Shown here piece after piece: positions 9,599 to 21,752 of a stretch of DNA of 54,417 nucleotides. The stretch comes from Deltaproteobacteria bacterium. GTDB taxonomy: Bacteria; Myxococcota; JACRCW01. Every line of letters begins with the position of its first letter. The first letter of the stretch is position 1. Under the pieces are notes generated by a model that saw only the letters and a list, made by a program, of their open reading frames with translations, ran no database searches and was not told the DNA's origin. Location of the stretch: positions 1 through 54,417 of the forward strand of contig JACRCW010000073.1 of the NCBI GenBank assembly GCA_016218805.1, written 5' to 3'. The position numbers and the translations under genes were made by a program.

Positions 9599-10258
9599 AT
9601 GAGTTGGACCCTCAAGTTCTGGGATTCCACCGTCGGCAAGAAGGTCCTGATGGCGCTGACGGGCGCAGCCGGCTTTGTGTTTGTCATTGGACACATGGCG
9701 GGCAACATGCAGGTCTACCTGGGGCGTGATCAGATCAACGCGTACGCCCACTTCCTGCATGAAAAGGCGGGCCTGTTGTGGGTGGTGCGCATTGCGCTCC
9801 TGGCCGCGGTGGGGTTGCACGTGCTGTCGGCGTTGCAGTTGCAGCTGATAAAGCGCGCCGCCCGCCCGGTGCGCTACCAGAAGCCCGGAATCATCCAGGC
9901 CACGCCGGCTTCACGGACCATGATCTTCACCGGCCTGCTGCTGGCGTGGTTCCTCCTCTACCACCTGGCGCACTTCACCTGGGGCAACGCGCATCCCGCG
10001 TTCCGGGAGTTGGACGCGTACAACAACATCGTCACCGGGTTCCAGCACGTGCCGTCGTCGGTGTTCTACATTGTGTGCATGGTGCTGCTGGGTCTGCACC
10101 TGGGTCACGGCGGCAACGCGCTGTTCTTCAGCCTGGGCCTGGTGCACCCCAAGTACCGGCAGGCGGTCCGCGCCATCACCTACGCGCTGATGCTGCTCGT
10201 CGTCATTGCCAACATCTCCATCCCGGTGGCCGTCCTCGCCGGCGTGCTGAAGATCTGA
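9599..10258 (+). CDS. sdhC: succinate dehydrogenase/fumarate reductase cytochrome b subunit
   Basis: STVGKKVLMALTG, five hydrophobic segments with conserved His; first gene of the operon. Confidence 0.93.
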   Translation: MSWTLKFWDSTVGKKVLMALTGAAGFVFVIGHMAGNMQVYLGRDQINAYAHFLHEKAGLLWVVRIALLAAVGLHVLSALQLQLIKRAARPVRYQKPGIIQATPASRTMIFTGLLLAWFLLYHLAHFTWGNAHPAFRELDAYNNIVTGFQHVPSSVFYIVCMVLLGLHLGHGGNALFFSLGLVHPKYRQAVRAITYALMLLVVIANISIPVAVLAGVLKI

Positions 10259-10270
10259 AGGAGCGCGCCT

Positions 10271-12183
<1,913 letters not shown>

Positions 12184-12184
<1 letters not shown>

Positions 12185-12960
12185 TGCGAATCATCCTCCA
12201 CGTGTGGCGCCAGAAGAACGCCCAGAGCCCCGGGAAGTTTGAGCGCTATGAGCGCCCGGAAGTCAGCCCGGATATGTCGTTCCTGGAGATGCTGGACGTC
12301 CTCAATGAGGACCTGGTCAACAAGAACGAGCAGCCCGTGGTGTTTGACCACGACTGCCGCGAAGGCATCTGCGGGGCGTGCGGGTTTGTGGTCAATGGCA
12401 TTGCGCACGGGCCGGAGGACGGCACCACCGTCTGCCAACTGCACATGCGCAAGTTCAAGGACGGCGACGAACTGTACCTGGAACCGTGGCGCGCCAAGGC
12501 GTTCCCCCTGGTGCGCGACCTGCTGGTGGACCGCTCCGCCCTGGACCGCATCATCCAGGCGGGCGGGTACATCACCGCGCCCACCGGAACGTCCGTGGAT
12601 GCCAACAACATCCTGGTTGCCAAGCCGGACCAGGAACGCGCCATGGACGCCGCCGCGTGCATTGGGTGCGGTGCCTGCGTGGCCGCGTGCCCCAACGCGT
12701 CCGCCATGCTGTTCACGTCCGCCAAGGTGACCCACCTGGGCAACCTCCCCCAGGGCCAGCCGGAACGCCTGGACCGCGTGGAGGCCATGGTGGCGACGAT
12801 GGACAAGGAGGGGTTCGGGAGCTGCACGCTCATTGGCGAGTGCTCCGCTGCATGCCCCAAGTCCATCAGCATGGACAGCATTGCGCGGCTCAATGGGGAT
12901 TACATCAGGGCCACGTTTGTGAAGCGCCCGCTGGAACTGAGCGGCCAGGGCAGCGGCTGA
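12184..12960 (+). CDS. sdhB: succinate dehydrogenase/fumarate reductase iron-sulfur subunit
   Basis: [38 protein letters not shown] coupling to sdhA. Confidence 0.96.
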
Positions 12961-13003
12961 TAGGCGCAGCCCAACGCGCGCAAACCCCCCAAAAAACCCA
13001 AAA

Positions 13004-13059
13004 CCCCCCACCCGGCCATGCTCCGCATGGCCGACCTCCCCCCGCAAGCGGGGGGAGGC
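13004..13059 (+). repeat. two-hairpin REP-like element, copy 1
   Basis: CCCCCCACCC-GGCCATGC/TCC/GCATGGCC-GA-CCTCCCCCCGC/AA/GCGGGGGGAGG, between convergent sdhB and ferredoxin genes. Confidence 0.85.
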
Positions 13060-13064
13060 AAGAT

Positions 13065-13376
13065 CTATGACGCGCGGCGCGGCGGGATGAGCACCACCAC
13101 GTCATGTCCGTCACGCACCACGCGCGCCTGGCAACTCAGCCGCGCCCCCTGGTGAATCCCCGCACCCAGGACCTGCTCCTCATCCGGCTGCGGCACACTG
13201 AGCGCCTCCGCCCCCGCGGACACCGTCACCCGGCACTCATGACACCGCGCAAAACCGCCGCACGTGGTCCGCACCAACGCACCCAACTGCATGGCCGCGT
13301 TGAGCAGCGAGGTCCCCGGCTGGACGTTCCCCGTCAAGGGCGACAACTCCGGGTCCACAAACGTCACCCGCGCCAC
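13065..13376 (-). CDS. 2Fe-2S ferredoxin
   Basis: CGGFARCHEC and RLSCQ. Confidence 0.88.
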   Translation of the reverse strand: MARVTFVDPELSPLTGNVQPGTSLLNAAMQLGALVRTTCGGFARCHECRVTVSAGAEALSVPQPDEEQVLGAGIHQGARLSCQARVVRDGHDVVVLIPPRRAS

Positions 13377-13377
13377 C

Positions 13378-15090
13378 TCACGCCACCGTGCCCGCGCCCA
13401 ACCAGTACTGCCCGCGCTCCACGTAACGCGTTGCCACTTCGCGCAGGGCGGCGGTGCGGCTCACCGGCAACGGCGCCAGCAACGGCGCCAACTCCGCGTG
13501 CAACTCCGCACCCCCCAGGTCCAGCGCAAACCGCCCCGCCCGCGCAATGAGCCGGTCCATCTCCTGAATGGCGTACGCCCTGGCCAGCGGCAGGTGCAGC
13601 GCCTGGTTGTCCGCCTGCACCAGCCGGCGCCGCACGCTGTCCAGGCCAAACGCCGCCTGGTGGATGTCCGCCAACGCCGCCAGCGCCTCCTGCTCCTCCT
13701 CCAACCCCTGCATGAACTGCATGGCCGCCCGCCCGGTAAGGATCAGCGCCAGCGTGCGCGCCTGCACCGTGGCGCGGTCAACCACGTCCTCCGGCAGCGA
13801 CACCGACGCGCTGGCCGCCTGGAACGCGTCCATCAACGGCAGCTGACCCTTCATGGCGCGCTTGAGCAGCACCCCGGGGACCAACATGCGGTTGATCTCG
13901 TTGGTGCCCTCAAAGATCCGGTTGATGCGCACGTCGCGGTAGACCTTCGCCAGCGGGTAATCCTCCATGTAGCCGTACCCGCCCAGGATCTGCAGCGCCT
14001 CGTCGGCCGCGCGGCCCAGCAGTTCGCTGCCAAACACCTTCAGGATGGAGCTCTCAATGTTCAGCTCCTCCAGCGCCTCCATCCCCTTGCCGGTCTCCGC
14101 CGTGTACGCGTCAATGGCGCCGGTGGCGCGGTAGCCCATGGATTCCAGCGCGTACAGGTCCGCCAGCAGCGTGGCAAACTTCTCCCGAATCAACGGGAAT
14201 TCAATGAGCGCTTTTCCAAACTGCCGGCGTTCCCGCGCGTACGGGAGCGTCTCGCGCAGGATGGACTTCACCCCGCCCACCGCAAACACCCCCAGCTTCA
14301 GCCTCCCCACGTTGAGGACGTTGAACGCAATCCGGTGCCCCCGTCCCGGCTCGCCCAGCACGTTCTGGACGGGAACCGGCACGTTCTCCAGGATCAGCGT
14401 GCACGTGGAGCTGCCGCGAATGCCCAGCTTGTGTTCCTCCGGCCCGATGCTCACCCCCGGCATCCCGCGCTCCACAATGAATCCCGTGAATTGCGTGCCG
14501 TCAATCTTGGCGAACACGATGAATACGTCCGCAAAGCCCGCGTTGGTGATCCACTGTTTCTGCCCGTTGAGGATCCAGTGCTTTCCGTCGGCGGACAGCG
14601 TGGCGGTGGCGCGCGCGGCCAGCGCGTCAGACCCGCTGCCCGCCTCCGTCAGCGCGTACGCGGCCAGCTTCTCCCCCGTGGCCAGTGCGGGGAGGTAGCG
14701 CTGCTTCTGCTCATCCGTCCCAAAGAACACAATGGGCAGCGTGCCAATCCCCGTATGCGCACCAAAGCTCACCGCAAACCCGCCTTCGCGCGAGATGGAT
14801 TCCGCCATCAACATGGAGGTGGTCTTGTCCGTCCCGCTGCCGCCGTGCTCGTCGGCAATGTCCAGCCCCAGCGCGCCGATCCCGCCCGCTTTCTTGAGCA
14901 GCGCCGCCATCAGGCCCGGCGTCTTGGCCTCAATCTCCTTGCGGCGCGGGACCACCTCCTTCTCCGTGAACGCCGCCACCGCGCCAAACAGCGCGCGCTG
15001 CTCCGCCGTGAACATCTCCGGCGTCATGATGGTCTCGTGGGAACGGTCGCTGAACAGGTAGCCGACGCAGCGGCTTTCGCGGGTGGTCAT
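13378..15090 (-). CDS. acyl-CoA dehydrogenase
   Basis: AYALTEAGSGSDA, LNGQKQWITN, QILGGYGYM, IFEGTNEINR; start at the ATGA overlap with the upstream gene. Confidence 0.93.
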   Translation of the reverse strand: MTTRESRCVGYLFSDRSHETIMTPEMFTAEQRALFGAVAAFTEKEVVPRRKEIEAKTPGLMAALLKKAGGIGALGLDIADEHGGSGTDKTTSMLMAESISREGGFAVSFGAHTGIGTLPIVFFGTDEQKQRYLPALATGEKLAAYALTEAGSGSDALAARATATLSADGKHWILNGQKQWITNAGFADVFIVFAKIDGTQFTGFIVERGMPGVSIGPEEHKLGIRGSSTCTLILENVPVPVQNVLGEPGRGHRIAFNVLNVGRLKLGVFAVGGVKSILRETLPYARERRQFGKALIEFPLIREKFATLLADLYALESMGYRATGAIDAYTAETGKGMEALEELNIESSILKVFGSELLGRAADEALQILGGYGYMEDYPLAKVYRDVRINRIFEGTNEINRMLVPGVLLKRAMKGQLPLMDAFQAASASVSLPEDVVDRATVQARTLALILTGRAAMQFMQGLEEEQEALAALADIHQAAFGLDSVRRRLVQADNQALHLPLARAYAIQEMDRLIARAGRFALDLGGAELHAELAPLLAPLPVSRTAALREVATRYVERGQYWLGAGTVA

Positions 15091-16463
15091 GTGGGGGTTG
15101 ATAGCCCGCCGTCTTGTCCCGCCGCCATGGCGCGCAGGCGCACCAGGTCTGGTTTTCCCCCCGGGAGGCGCGGCAGCGCGTCCAGCCGGACCACGCGGCG
15201 CGGGCGTTCCATGGGCCCCAGGGACGCCGCCGCGGTGGCCAGGATCACCGCCTCGTCCACCGCACCGACGACGAACGCCACCGGGACCTCGCCCAACAAG
15301 CGGTCCGGTGCGCCGACGACGGCGCAGGCCTCCACGCCGGCGCATGCATGGACCGCGTCTTCGACGACCTTGGGCGGGATGCGGGTGCCGCCGACCTTCA
15401 GCACGTGCTTGCGCCGACCCAGCAGGTGCAGCCGTCCCGCTTCATCCAGCCCGCCCAGGTCACCCGTGTGCAGCCAGCCGTCGACGAGCACCTCCGCGGT
15501 GCGGGCAGCTTCATCCAGGTAGCCGTCCATCAGGTTGGGACCGCGCGCAAGCACTTCTCCGTCGGGAGAAATGCGCAGCTCCACGCGCCGCAGCGGGTAA
15601 CCGCAGCTCCCGGGCGCAGCCGCGCCGTCCGCCGGGGGCAGGCACGTCAGGCGCGCGCACGCCTCCGTCTGCCCGTACATCACAAACAGCCCCGCGGGTC
15701 CCAGGACCTCGCGCAGGCGGGGCAGCACGGGGCCGGGCACGGCCCCGCCGGCGACGTTGGCGTAGCGCAGCCGGGGAGGGCGCGCGCGCGCCAGCAGGTC
15801 ACCGCGCATGAGCAACTGGTACGTGGTGGGGACCGCGCTCATGCCCGTGCATCCGGCCGCGGTGGCGGTCTGCAGCAGCGAAGCGGGAAACGCGGAGCTG
15901 GGCTCCACGACCACGCGCGCGCCGACGAGCAGGTGGCTGGTCATCACGGACAGCCCGTACGCGTGGTGGAACGACGGCACGCACAACGTCACGTCGTCCG
16001 GGCGCAGGGACAGGCTCACCACAATGTCCTGCGCGTTGGCCAGCAGCGCGTCCTGGGACAGGTGCGCGGCCAGCGGTTCGCCGGTGCTGCCGCTGGTGAG
16101 CAATGCGACACAACCGGGCGGCACGTCCGGCCACTTTCCCGCGGTGGCGGGCGCGGGCAGCGTGGTGACGACGTGATCCACGCGCAGCCGCGCGAGCCGC
16201 GCCGTGCGCGCCGCCGGCGGGATGCCGGGAGCAAACGGAATCACCGTGGCGCCCGCACCCAGCGCGCCCCACAGCGCCGCCGCCAGGTCCGCGCCGTGCG
16301 GCAGGTCCAGCGCCACGCGGCGGCCGGCAAAGTGGGAGGACCAGGTGCGCGCCAGCGCGCGCGCGCGGTCAGCCAGGGCCGGCCAAGAGGGGAAGTCTGT
16401 GTGCGGATCCTGCAGTCCCCCGCCGTGGGCCTCATCCAGCGCGTCCAGCAGCGGGGCGGTCAT
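15087..16463 (-). CDS. AMP-binding (class I adenylate-forming) acyl-CoA ligase
   Basis: LTSGSTGEP, YGQTEA, WLHTGDLG, LPGGKPD. Confidence 0.9.
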   Translation of the reverse strand: MTAPLLDALDEAHGGGLQDPHTDFPSWPALADRARALARTWSSHFAGRRVALDLPHGADLAAALWGALGAGATVIPFAPGIPPAARTARLARLRVDHVVTTLPAPATAGKWPDVPPGCVALLTSGSTGEPLAAHLSQDALLANAQDIVVSLSLRPDDVTLCVPSFHHAYGLSVMTSHLLVGARVVVEPSSAFPASLLQTATAAGCTGMSAVPTTYQLLMRGDLLARARPPRLRYANVAGGAVPGPVLPRLREVLGPAGLFVMYGQTEACARLTCLPPADGAAAPGSCGYPLRRVELRISPDGEVLARGPNLMDGYLDEAARTAEVLVDGWLHTGDLGGLDEAGRLHLLGRRKHVLKVGGTRIPPKVVEDAVHACAGVEACAVVGAPDRLLGEVPVAFVVGAVDEAVILATAAASLGPMERPRRVVRLDALPRLPGGKPDLVRLRAMAAGQDGGLSTPT

Positions 16464-16544
16464 GCGCGCACGCTAGCGCGCGGGGGGGCGGGGGCGCACC
16501 TTGCCCGGTTGACCACGCCGCGTCCGCAGTACCATGACGCCACC

Positions 16545-17477
16545 ATGCACCGCGGTTCCCTGCGCACCCTGTGCTTCCTTCCCGTCCTGGCCCTGACGTG
16601 CGGCGCCGCCGGCGACGTCACCACCGCACCGCAGGTGGAGGCCCTGGTGCGGGACTTTGCCGTGGTGAAGACGGCGGAGCTGGACGTGGACGGGGATGGG
16701 CAACCGGAGTCCGCGGTGATCTTCCGTGACGCTGACAACGGCGGCGGGCTGCTGGCGCTGCGGTGGGTCAAGGGCAACTGGCGCCAGGTGGCCTGTGTCT
16801 ACCTGGAGGGCCACCTGCCGGTGGATGCATCCGTGACCGCGCGCGAACTCGCATTCACGTTCGAGGGCAACGACAAGCCGCTGGTGCTGGACCTGGGCAA
16901 GGACGTGGGTCTCGTTGACCGGGAAGGAGATCCGTTCGCCGGAATCACGGTGACGGCCAGCTCGTCGCTCAAGGGGGAATTTGCGCCCAGGGCCGCGTTT
17001 GATGGTGACGTGACGACGAGCTGGGCGGAGGGCAAGGACGGAACGGGAATCGGGGAGAGCATCTCTTTTGAGTTCAAGAAGCCCGTGCACCTGGGACTGG
17101 TGGGCGTGTTCACGGGACGCGGCACGTCCGCCAAGGACTTCAAGGACAACAACCGCATCCGCAAGGCGATCCTGGAGACGTTCACGCCGTCCAACGTGGG
17201 GGACAGCTCGGCCAACCTGGACTTTGCGGACCTGGGGATTGCCAGCGGGGGTCACGTGGCGGAAGTGCAGCTGGCCAACAAGCCGGAGCTGAAATTCTTC
17301 CGGCTGACGGAGGAGGACGTGGTGAAGTTCACCCTGCGCGTGGACAGCGTGTACCTGGGGGACAAGAAGGACGACACGCACGTGGCGGAGGTGATGTTCT
17401 GCCCGCACATCCCGGAAGCGCAGGTGAAAGCGCTGGCCAAGAAGAAACGCGCGGCGGCGCCCGTCAAAGCGCCGTGA
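16545..17477 (+). CDS. secreted or lipid-anchored protein with a discoidin-like (NADase-type) glycan-binding domain
   Basis: Signal MHRGSLRTLCFLPVLALTC; DVDGDG motif; TASSSL...AFDGDVTTSWAEGKDGTGIGESI. Confidence 0.7.
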   Translation: MHRGSLRTLCFLPVLALTCGAAGDVTTAPQVEALVRDFAVVKTAELDVDGDGQPESAVIFRDADNGGGLLALRWVKGNWRQVACVYLEGHLPVDASVTARELAFTFEGNDKPLVLDLGKDVGLVDREGDPFAGITVTASSSLKGEFAPRAAFDGDVTTSWAEGKDGTGIGESISFEFKKPVHLGLVGVFTGRGTSAKDFKDNNRIRKAILETFTPSNVGDSSANLDFADLGIASGGHVAEVQLANKPELKFFRLTEEDVVKFTLRVDSVYLGDKKDDTHVAEVMFCPHIPEAQVKALAKKKRAAAPVKAP

Positions 17478-17567
17478 ACGGCCCCGGCGGTGCCCGTTCC
17501 ACGACGGATTGACCCCCCTTCAAGCACGGCACTATGAGGCCCGCGTCCTCGGCCCCGGAGGCTCACC

Positions 17568-18392
17568 ATGAAGCTGGTCAACCTCATTGCTCCCCTGGCG
17601 TTCCTGCTGACGGGCGCGTCCGCGCACGCCGGCTGGTCCATCAAGTTCAAAGACCCCAAGGGGGATGACAGGGGGCCCGGCAAGTACAGCTACCCCACGG
17701 ACGCCGTGTACACGTCCGGCAGCTTTGACCTGCTGGAGCTCAACGTGACCGACCAGGGCGCGGACATCCAGCTGGACCTGGTGTTCAACGCCACCATTGA
17801 AGATCCCTGGGGGATGGCCAAGCAGGGCGGCGCCAACTTCTCCGTGCAGTTTGTGCAGATCTACGTGGACACGGACCACAAATCCAAGAGCGGCGAACTG
17901 ACCGCACTGGCCGGCATGAACGCGGTGTTCCAGGACGAGAGCGCGTTTGAGCGCGTGATCCTGGTGAGCCCGCAGCCGGGCGCGCGCGTGAAGCAGGAGG
18001 TGGCGCAGAAGAGCCCCAAGCACAAGAACCTCCTGGTGGTGCCGCGGGAGATCTCCGCCAAGGGCAAGACCATCACCGCCAAGATTGCCAAGAAGGATCT
18101 GGGCCAACCCACGGACCAGTGGGGTTGGCAGGCGCTGGTGGCCTCCAACGAAGGCTACCCCGCCAACACCGACGTGTTGTGCCGCAAGGTGAACGAGTAC
18201 GAGGGGCAGCACCGCTTTGGCGGCGGCGACGACTACGAGGGCGACCCCAATTTCATGGACATCCTGGTCTCCCCGGCCAAGGGTGATTCCGCCGAGAAGG
18301 ACGCGCAGTTCAAGATCCTCTCCGGCTACGTGTCCGGCGCTGACCAGAACAAGTGGAAGCGCGCCGTCCTTCCGATGGTCTACGGGAAGTGA
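17568..18392 (+). CDS. secreted glucodextranase-C-terminal/DOMON-like alpha-glucan-binding protein
   Basis: Signal peptide; DPKGDDRGPGKYSYPT...GSFDL and FSVQFVQIYVD motifs typical of amylopullulanase/glucodextranase C-terminal domains; GGAGG RBS. Confidence 0.8.
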   Translation: MKLVNLIAPLAFLLTGASAHAGWSIKFKDPKGDDRGPGKYSYPTDAVYTSGSFDLLELNVTDQGADIQLDLVFNATIEDPWGMAKQGGANFSVQFVQIYVDTDHKSKSGELTALAGMNAVFQDESAFERVILVSPQPGARVKQEVAQKSPKHKNLLVVPREISAKGKTITAKIAKKDLGQPTDQWGWQALVASNEGYPANTDVLCRKVNEYEGQHRFGGGDDYEGDPNFMDILVSPAKGDSAEKDAQFKILSGYVSGADQNKWKRAVLPMVYGK

Positions 18393-20674
18393 CGGCCGTC
18401 GTGCGCGGCCCCTCGCGCGCGGGAGCGGTGGCGGCCCTGGTGCTCGCGGGGCGTCTCGTCGCGCACGCGCAGGAGAACGTGGACGGCGGACCGGGGGACG
18501 GGGGCATCCCGCCGCTCACCCCGGAACAGCAGGCGTTTGTTGAACGGCTCATTGAGCAGCGGCTGCAGCAGTACCAGGCGGACCAGGCGGCCATGGCGCC
18601 GCCGGCCCCACCGCCGCCGTCGCTGACCATGCGCGCGGACGTCTACAACAAGATTCTCATCCAGAATGACCAGACCAACGGCGCGGTGACCTGGGGCACA
18701 CCCAACCCCAACGGTGACAATTTCAGCGGCAACAACGGCATGGCCAGCGAGCTGTCACTCACGTTCAACGGGCGCGTGGGTGACGCCGTGGAGGCAGGCG
18801 CGCGTGTGGCCTCACGCTACGGTGCGCAATGGGCGGATTTCTACGAAAACGGTGACCGGCGCATTGACCCGGTGAGCGGGAATTTCGGCCGCATTGATGC
18901 GTCCGGGCAGTCCCTGGGCATGGACCACGCCATGTACCTGCAGCTGCGCGGCGTGTACGTGCGCGCGGCCCCGCCCATCCCCACCGTGCGGTACGTGCAC
19001 TTCGGCAGCAGTGACCTGGGGAGTTACAACGCGTGGACCGTGGGGCGGCAGCGCTACATTGACCGGGACAATGCGCGCGGCATCTTTGTGGAGGGCGGGT
19101 ACAAGCGGTGGATTTCGTACCATTTTGCGCGGGTGGCGTTGCCCAAGCTGTACGCGTCCGCCGGGTGGAACACCGGCATCCAGGACCCGCTGGTGGCCAA
19201 CCCGTTCTGGGCGCGGGACGCGGCGTACATTGCCAAGTTTGCCACGGAGCCGTACCCGGGCATCCAGCTGGAGAACGTCAACAGCTTCATTCTTGACGAG
19301 GAAGCGGACCGCAACGACCCGGACGCGCTGGGGAGCGCCAACCTGATAGACCCGCGTGACGGCGTGGTGCAGACCATCCCGCGTTACACCAACCTCAACA
19401 GCACGGTGTCTGGCCGCTATGAGTGGGAGTGGATCAAGCTGACCGGGCTGGCCGGCGTGTCCCGCTCCGAACCCAACCGGAAGCTGGCGTCCAACAACGT
19501 GGAGGGTTCCCAGGGATTCTCCAACATTCCGTACAAGGTGGCGTACGGGTGGGCGCTGACGGGGCGCGCGGAGCTGCTGGACCCCTTTGGGCTGAACACG
19601 TTTCTGCGCGTGGAGTACTTCAACATCGGACCGGACTGGGTGGCCACCATGGGCGCGCGGCGTGAGGCGGACGTGCTGCTGACGGATGGCTTCATGGAGG
19701 GCGGCCAGGTTCCCACGTTGAACATCGCCAACGAGTTCATGGATTTTGTGGACCCGTTCTACGAAAGCATCGTCGGGTGGCACGGGTTGACGCTGCAGGG
19801 CGAGTGGTCCCCGGGCACCAGCCAGGTCATTGGCGAGCTCACCGCCCTCACGTACAACACCAACACCTGCATTCCCGGCTTCAACGACACGGCCACGCCG
19901 GACTCCCTGGACAACGCGGGCCTCAGGCAGGTGTTTGCGCCGGCGGAGCTGGTGCCCACCAGCGTGGGGACGGTGTGGCAGCGGGACATGTGCAAGAACG
20001 GGCGGGACACGCGCCAGGTTTACCCGGATTTCCTCTACAACCAGGGGATGACGGACACGGATTTCTACACCTTTGCCAACACCACGGACCGTGGGCGGGA
20101 CCCGCGCGCGGTGTACGCGCAGCACCAGGACCGCATGTCACTCATTGCCATGGTGAAAGGCTCCTACACGGTGCCAGTGATGAAGGGCATCACGCTGCGC
20201 GGCCGGGCCAAGTACATCCTGGATTATGACCGGCGGAACCGCTACGGGAACACGTCCACACCGGACCAGTATTTTGATCCCGCGGCGGATGATTACGTGG
20301 GAAACCTGGTGTGGCTGCGCGGCGGGGTGGAATGGCCGGTGACGGACAACCTGTCCGTGGGCGGGGGTAACGAGTTTGCGGTGTGGTTTGAGAAGAACCG
20401 GTCCGGCGCGGTGGTGGGCGGAAGCCCGGACTTTGCGGATTACACGACTTTCAAGGACAAGCTGTGGGTGGAGGCGCGCTACGTCCTGGGGGCGGCGAAC
20501 CTGTGGTACCGGATTGAATACCTGAACAAGGACCTGCTGGCGTGCGGCGACGCGAACTTCCTCGCGTCGCTCGCGGGTGCGCAGCTGTGCACGGACCGCG
20601 AACAGAAACGCCGGCTGGACCAGCATCTCCACCACGTGCTGCGGAGCATCGCGACCGTCAGCGCGTCCTTCTGA
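18389..20674 (+). CDS. putative outer-membrane beta-barrel (sugar porin-like) protein
   Basis: Signal AHA|QEN, alternating beta-strand pattern, terminal Phe (TVSASF), lies within the sugar ABC operon; GTGA overlap start. Confidence 0.65.
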   Translation: MTAVVRGPSRAGAVAALVLAGRLVAHAQENVDGGPGDGGIPPLTPEQQAFVERLIEQRLQQYQADQAAMAPPAPPPPSLTMRADVYNKILIQNDQTNGAVTWGTPNPNGDNFSGNNGMASELSLTFNGRVGDAVEAGARVASRYGAQWADFYENGDRRIDPVSGNFGRIDASGQSLGMDHAMYLQLRGVYVRAAPPIPTVRYVHFGSSDLGSYNAWTVGRQRYIDRDNARGIFVEGGYKRWISYHFARVALPKLYASAGWNTGIQDPLVANPFWARDAAYIAKFATEPYPGIQLENVNSFILDEEADRNDPDALGSANLIDPRDGVVQTIPRYTNLNSTVSGRYEWEWIKLTGLAGVSRSEPNRKLASNNVEGSQGFSNIPYKVAYGWALTGRAELLDPFGLNTFLRVEYFNIGPDWVATMGARREADVLLTDGFMEGGQVPTLNIANEFMDFVDPFYESIVGWHGLTLQGEWSPGTSQVIGELTALTYNTNTCIPGFNDTATPDSLDNAGLRQVFAPAELVPTSVGTVWQRDMCKNGRDTRQVYPDFLYNQGMTDTDFYTFANTTDRGRDPRAVYAQHQDRMSLIAMVKGSYTVPVMKGITLRGRAKYILDYDRRNRYGNTSTPDQYFDPAADDYVGNLVWLRGGVEWPVTDNLSVGGGNEFAVWFEKNRSGAVVGGSPDFADYTTFKDKLWVEARYVLGAANLWYRIEYLNKDLLACGDANFLASLAGAQLCTDREQKRRLDQHLHHVLRSIATVSASF

Positions 20675-20681
20675 GCGTGCC

Positions 20682-21752
20682 ATGGCGTCCATTTCGTTCA
20701 AGGCGGTCACCAAGAGCTTTGCCGACCCGGCGAAGAAGGAAGCCCCAATCCGCGTGGTGGTGGCGCGGCTGGACCTGGAGATAGCAGACGGGGAGTTTGT
20801 GGTGCTGGTGGGGCCGTCCGGGTGCGGCAAGTCCACCACGCTGCGGATGATTGCGGGGCTGGAGGAGCCCACCAGCGGAGACGTGTTCATTGGCGAGCGC
20901 CGCGTCAATGACGTGCCCGCGGGTGACCGCGACGTGGCCATGGTGTTCCAGAGCTACGCGCTGTACCCGCACCTGAGCGTGTTTGAGAACATTGCGTTTG
21001 GGCTGCGGGTGCGGAAGGTGCCGGACGTGGAGGTTCGCAAGCGCGTGCAGGAGGCGGCGGACCTGCTGGGCCTGGGTGAACTGTTGCACCGGAAACCGGG
21101 TCAATTGAGCGGCGGGCAACGGCAGCGCGTGGCCATGGGGCGGGCCATTGTGCGGCAGCCCAAGGTGTTTCTCTTTGATGAGCCGCTGTCCAATCTGGAC
21201 GCCAAGCTGCGCGGCGAAGTGCGGGCGCAGATTGCGCGGCTGCGGCGTCGGTTGAACACGACCATTGTGTACGTGACGCACGACCAGGTGGAGGCGATGA
21301 CGCTGGCGGACCGGGTGGTGGTGATGGCGGACGGCCACGTGCAGCAGGTGGGCGGGCCCATGGAGGTGTACCGCAAGCCGGCCAACCGGTTTGTGGCGGG
21401 TTTCCTGGGTACGCCGACGATGAACTTCCTGACCGCGCGCGTGGACGACGGGCGGATGAGCGGCAAGGGGTTTTCATTGGCGCATGCGGGGCCGTGGAGT
21501 GGGGAGGTGACGGTAGGGATGCGGCCGCAGCAGGTGATGCTGGGCGGGAGCGGGCTGGAGCTGGGGGAGATGGAGGTTGAGGTGGTGGAGCGGTTGGGGG
21601 CGGAAACGTACGCGCTGGGGAACGTGGGTGGGGCGCATTTCACGGCATTGTGTCCGGAGGGTGAGCCCAAGCCGGGGGAACGGGTGCCGGTGCGGGTATC
21701 CCCGGCGGGAATCCACGTGTTTGATTCAGCCGGAAAGCGGGTCAGCGCATGA
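20682..21752 (+). CDS. carbohydrate ABC transporter ATP-binding protein (MalK/UgpC family)
   Basis: [32 protein letters not shown]-terminal TOBE-like region. Confidence 0.95.
   Translation: MASISFKAVTKSFADPAKKEAPIRVVVARLDLEIADGEFVVLVGPSGCGKSTTLRMIAGLEEPTSGDVFIGERRVNDVPAGDRDVAMVFQSYALYPHLSVFENIAFGLRVRKVPDVEVRKRVQEAADLLGLGELLHRKPGQLSGGQRQRVAMGRAIVRQPKVFLFDEPLSNLDAKLRGEVRAQIARLRRRLNTTIVYVTHDQVEAMTLADRVVVMADGHVQQVGGPMEVYRKPANRFVAGFLGTPTMNFLTARVDDGRMSGKGFSLAHAGPWSGEVTVGMRPQQVMLGGSGLELGEMEVEVVERLGAETYALGNVGGAHFTALCPEGEPKPGERVPVRVSPAGIHVFDSAGKRVSA

Noticed and set aside
13065..16463. Secondary-metabolite gene cluster
   Set aside because: No carrier protein, PKS/NRPS or tailoring genes; fits fatty-acid activation and oxidation
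15114..16544. N-terminal extension of the 787-aa ORF 15114-17477
   Set aside because: Antisense to the AMP-ligase gene; the real gene starts at 16545 with a signal peptide
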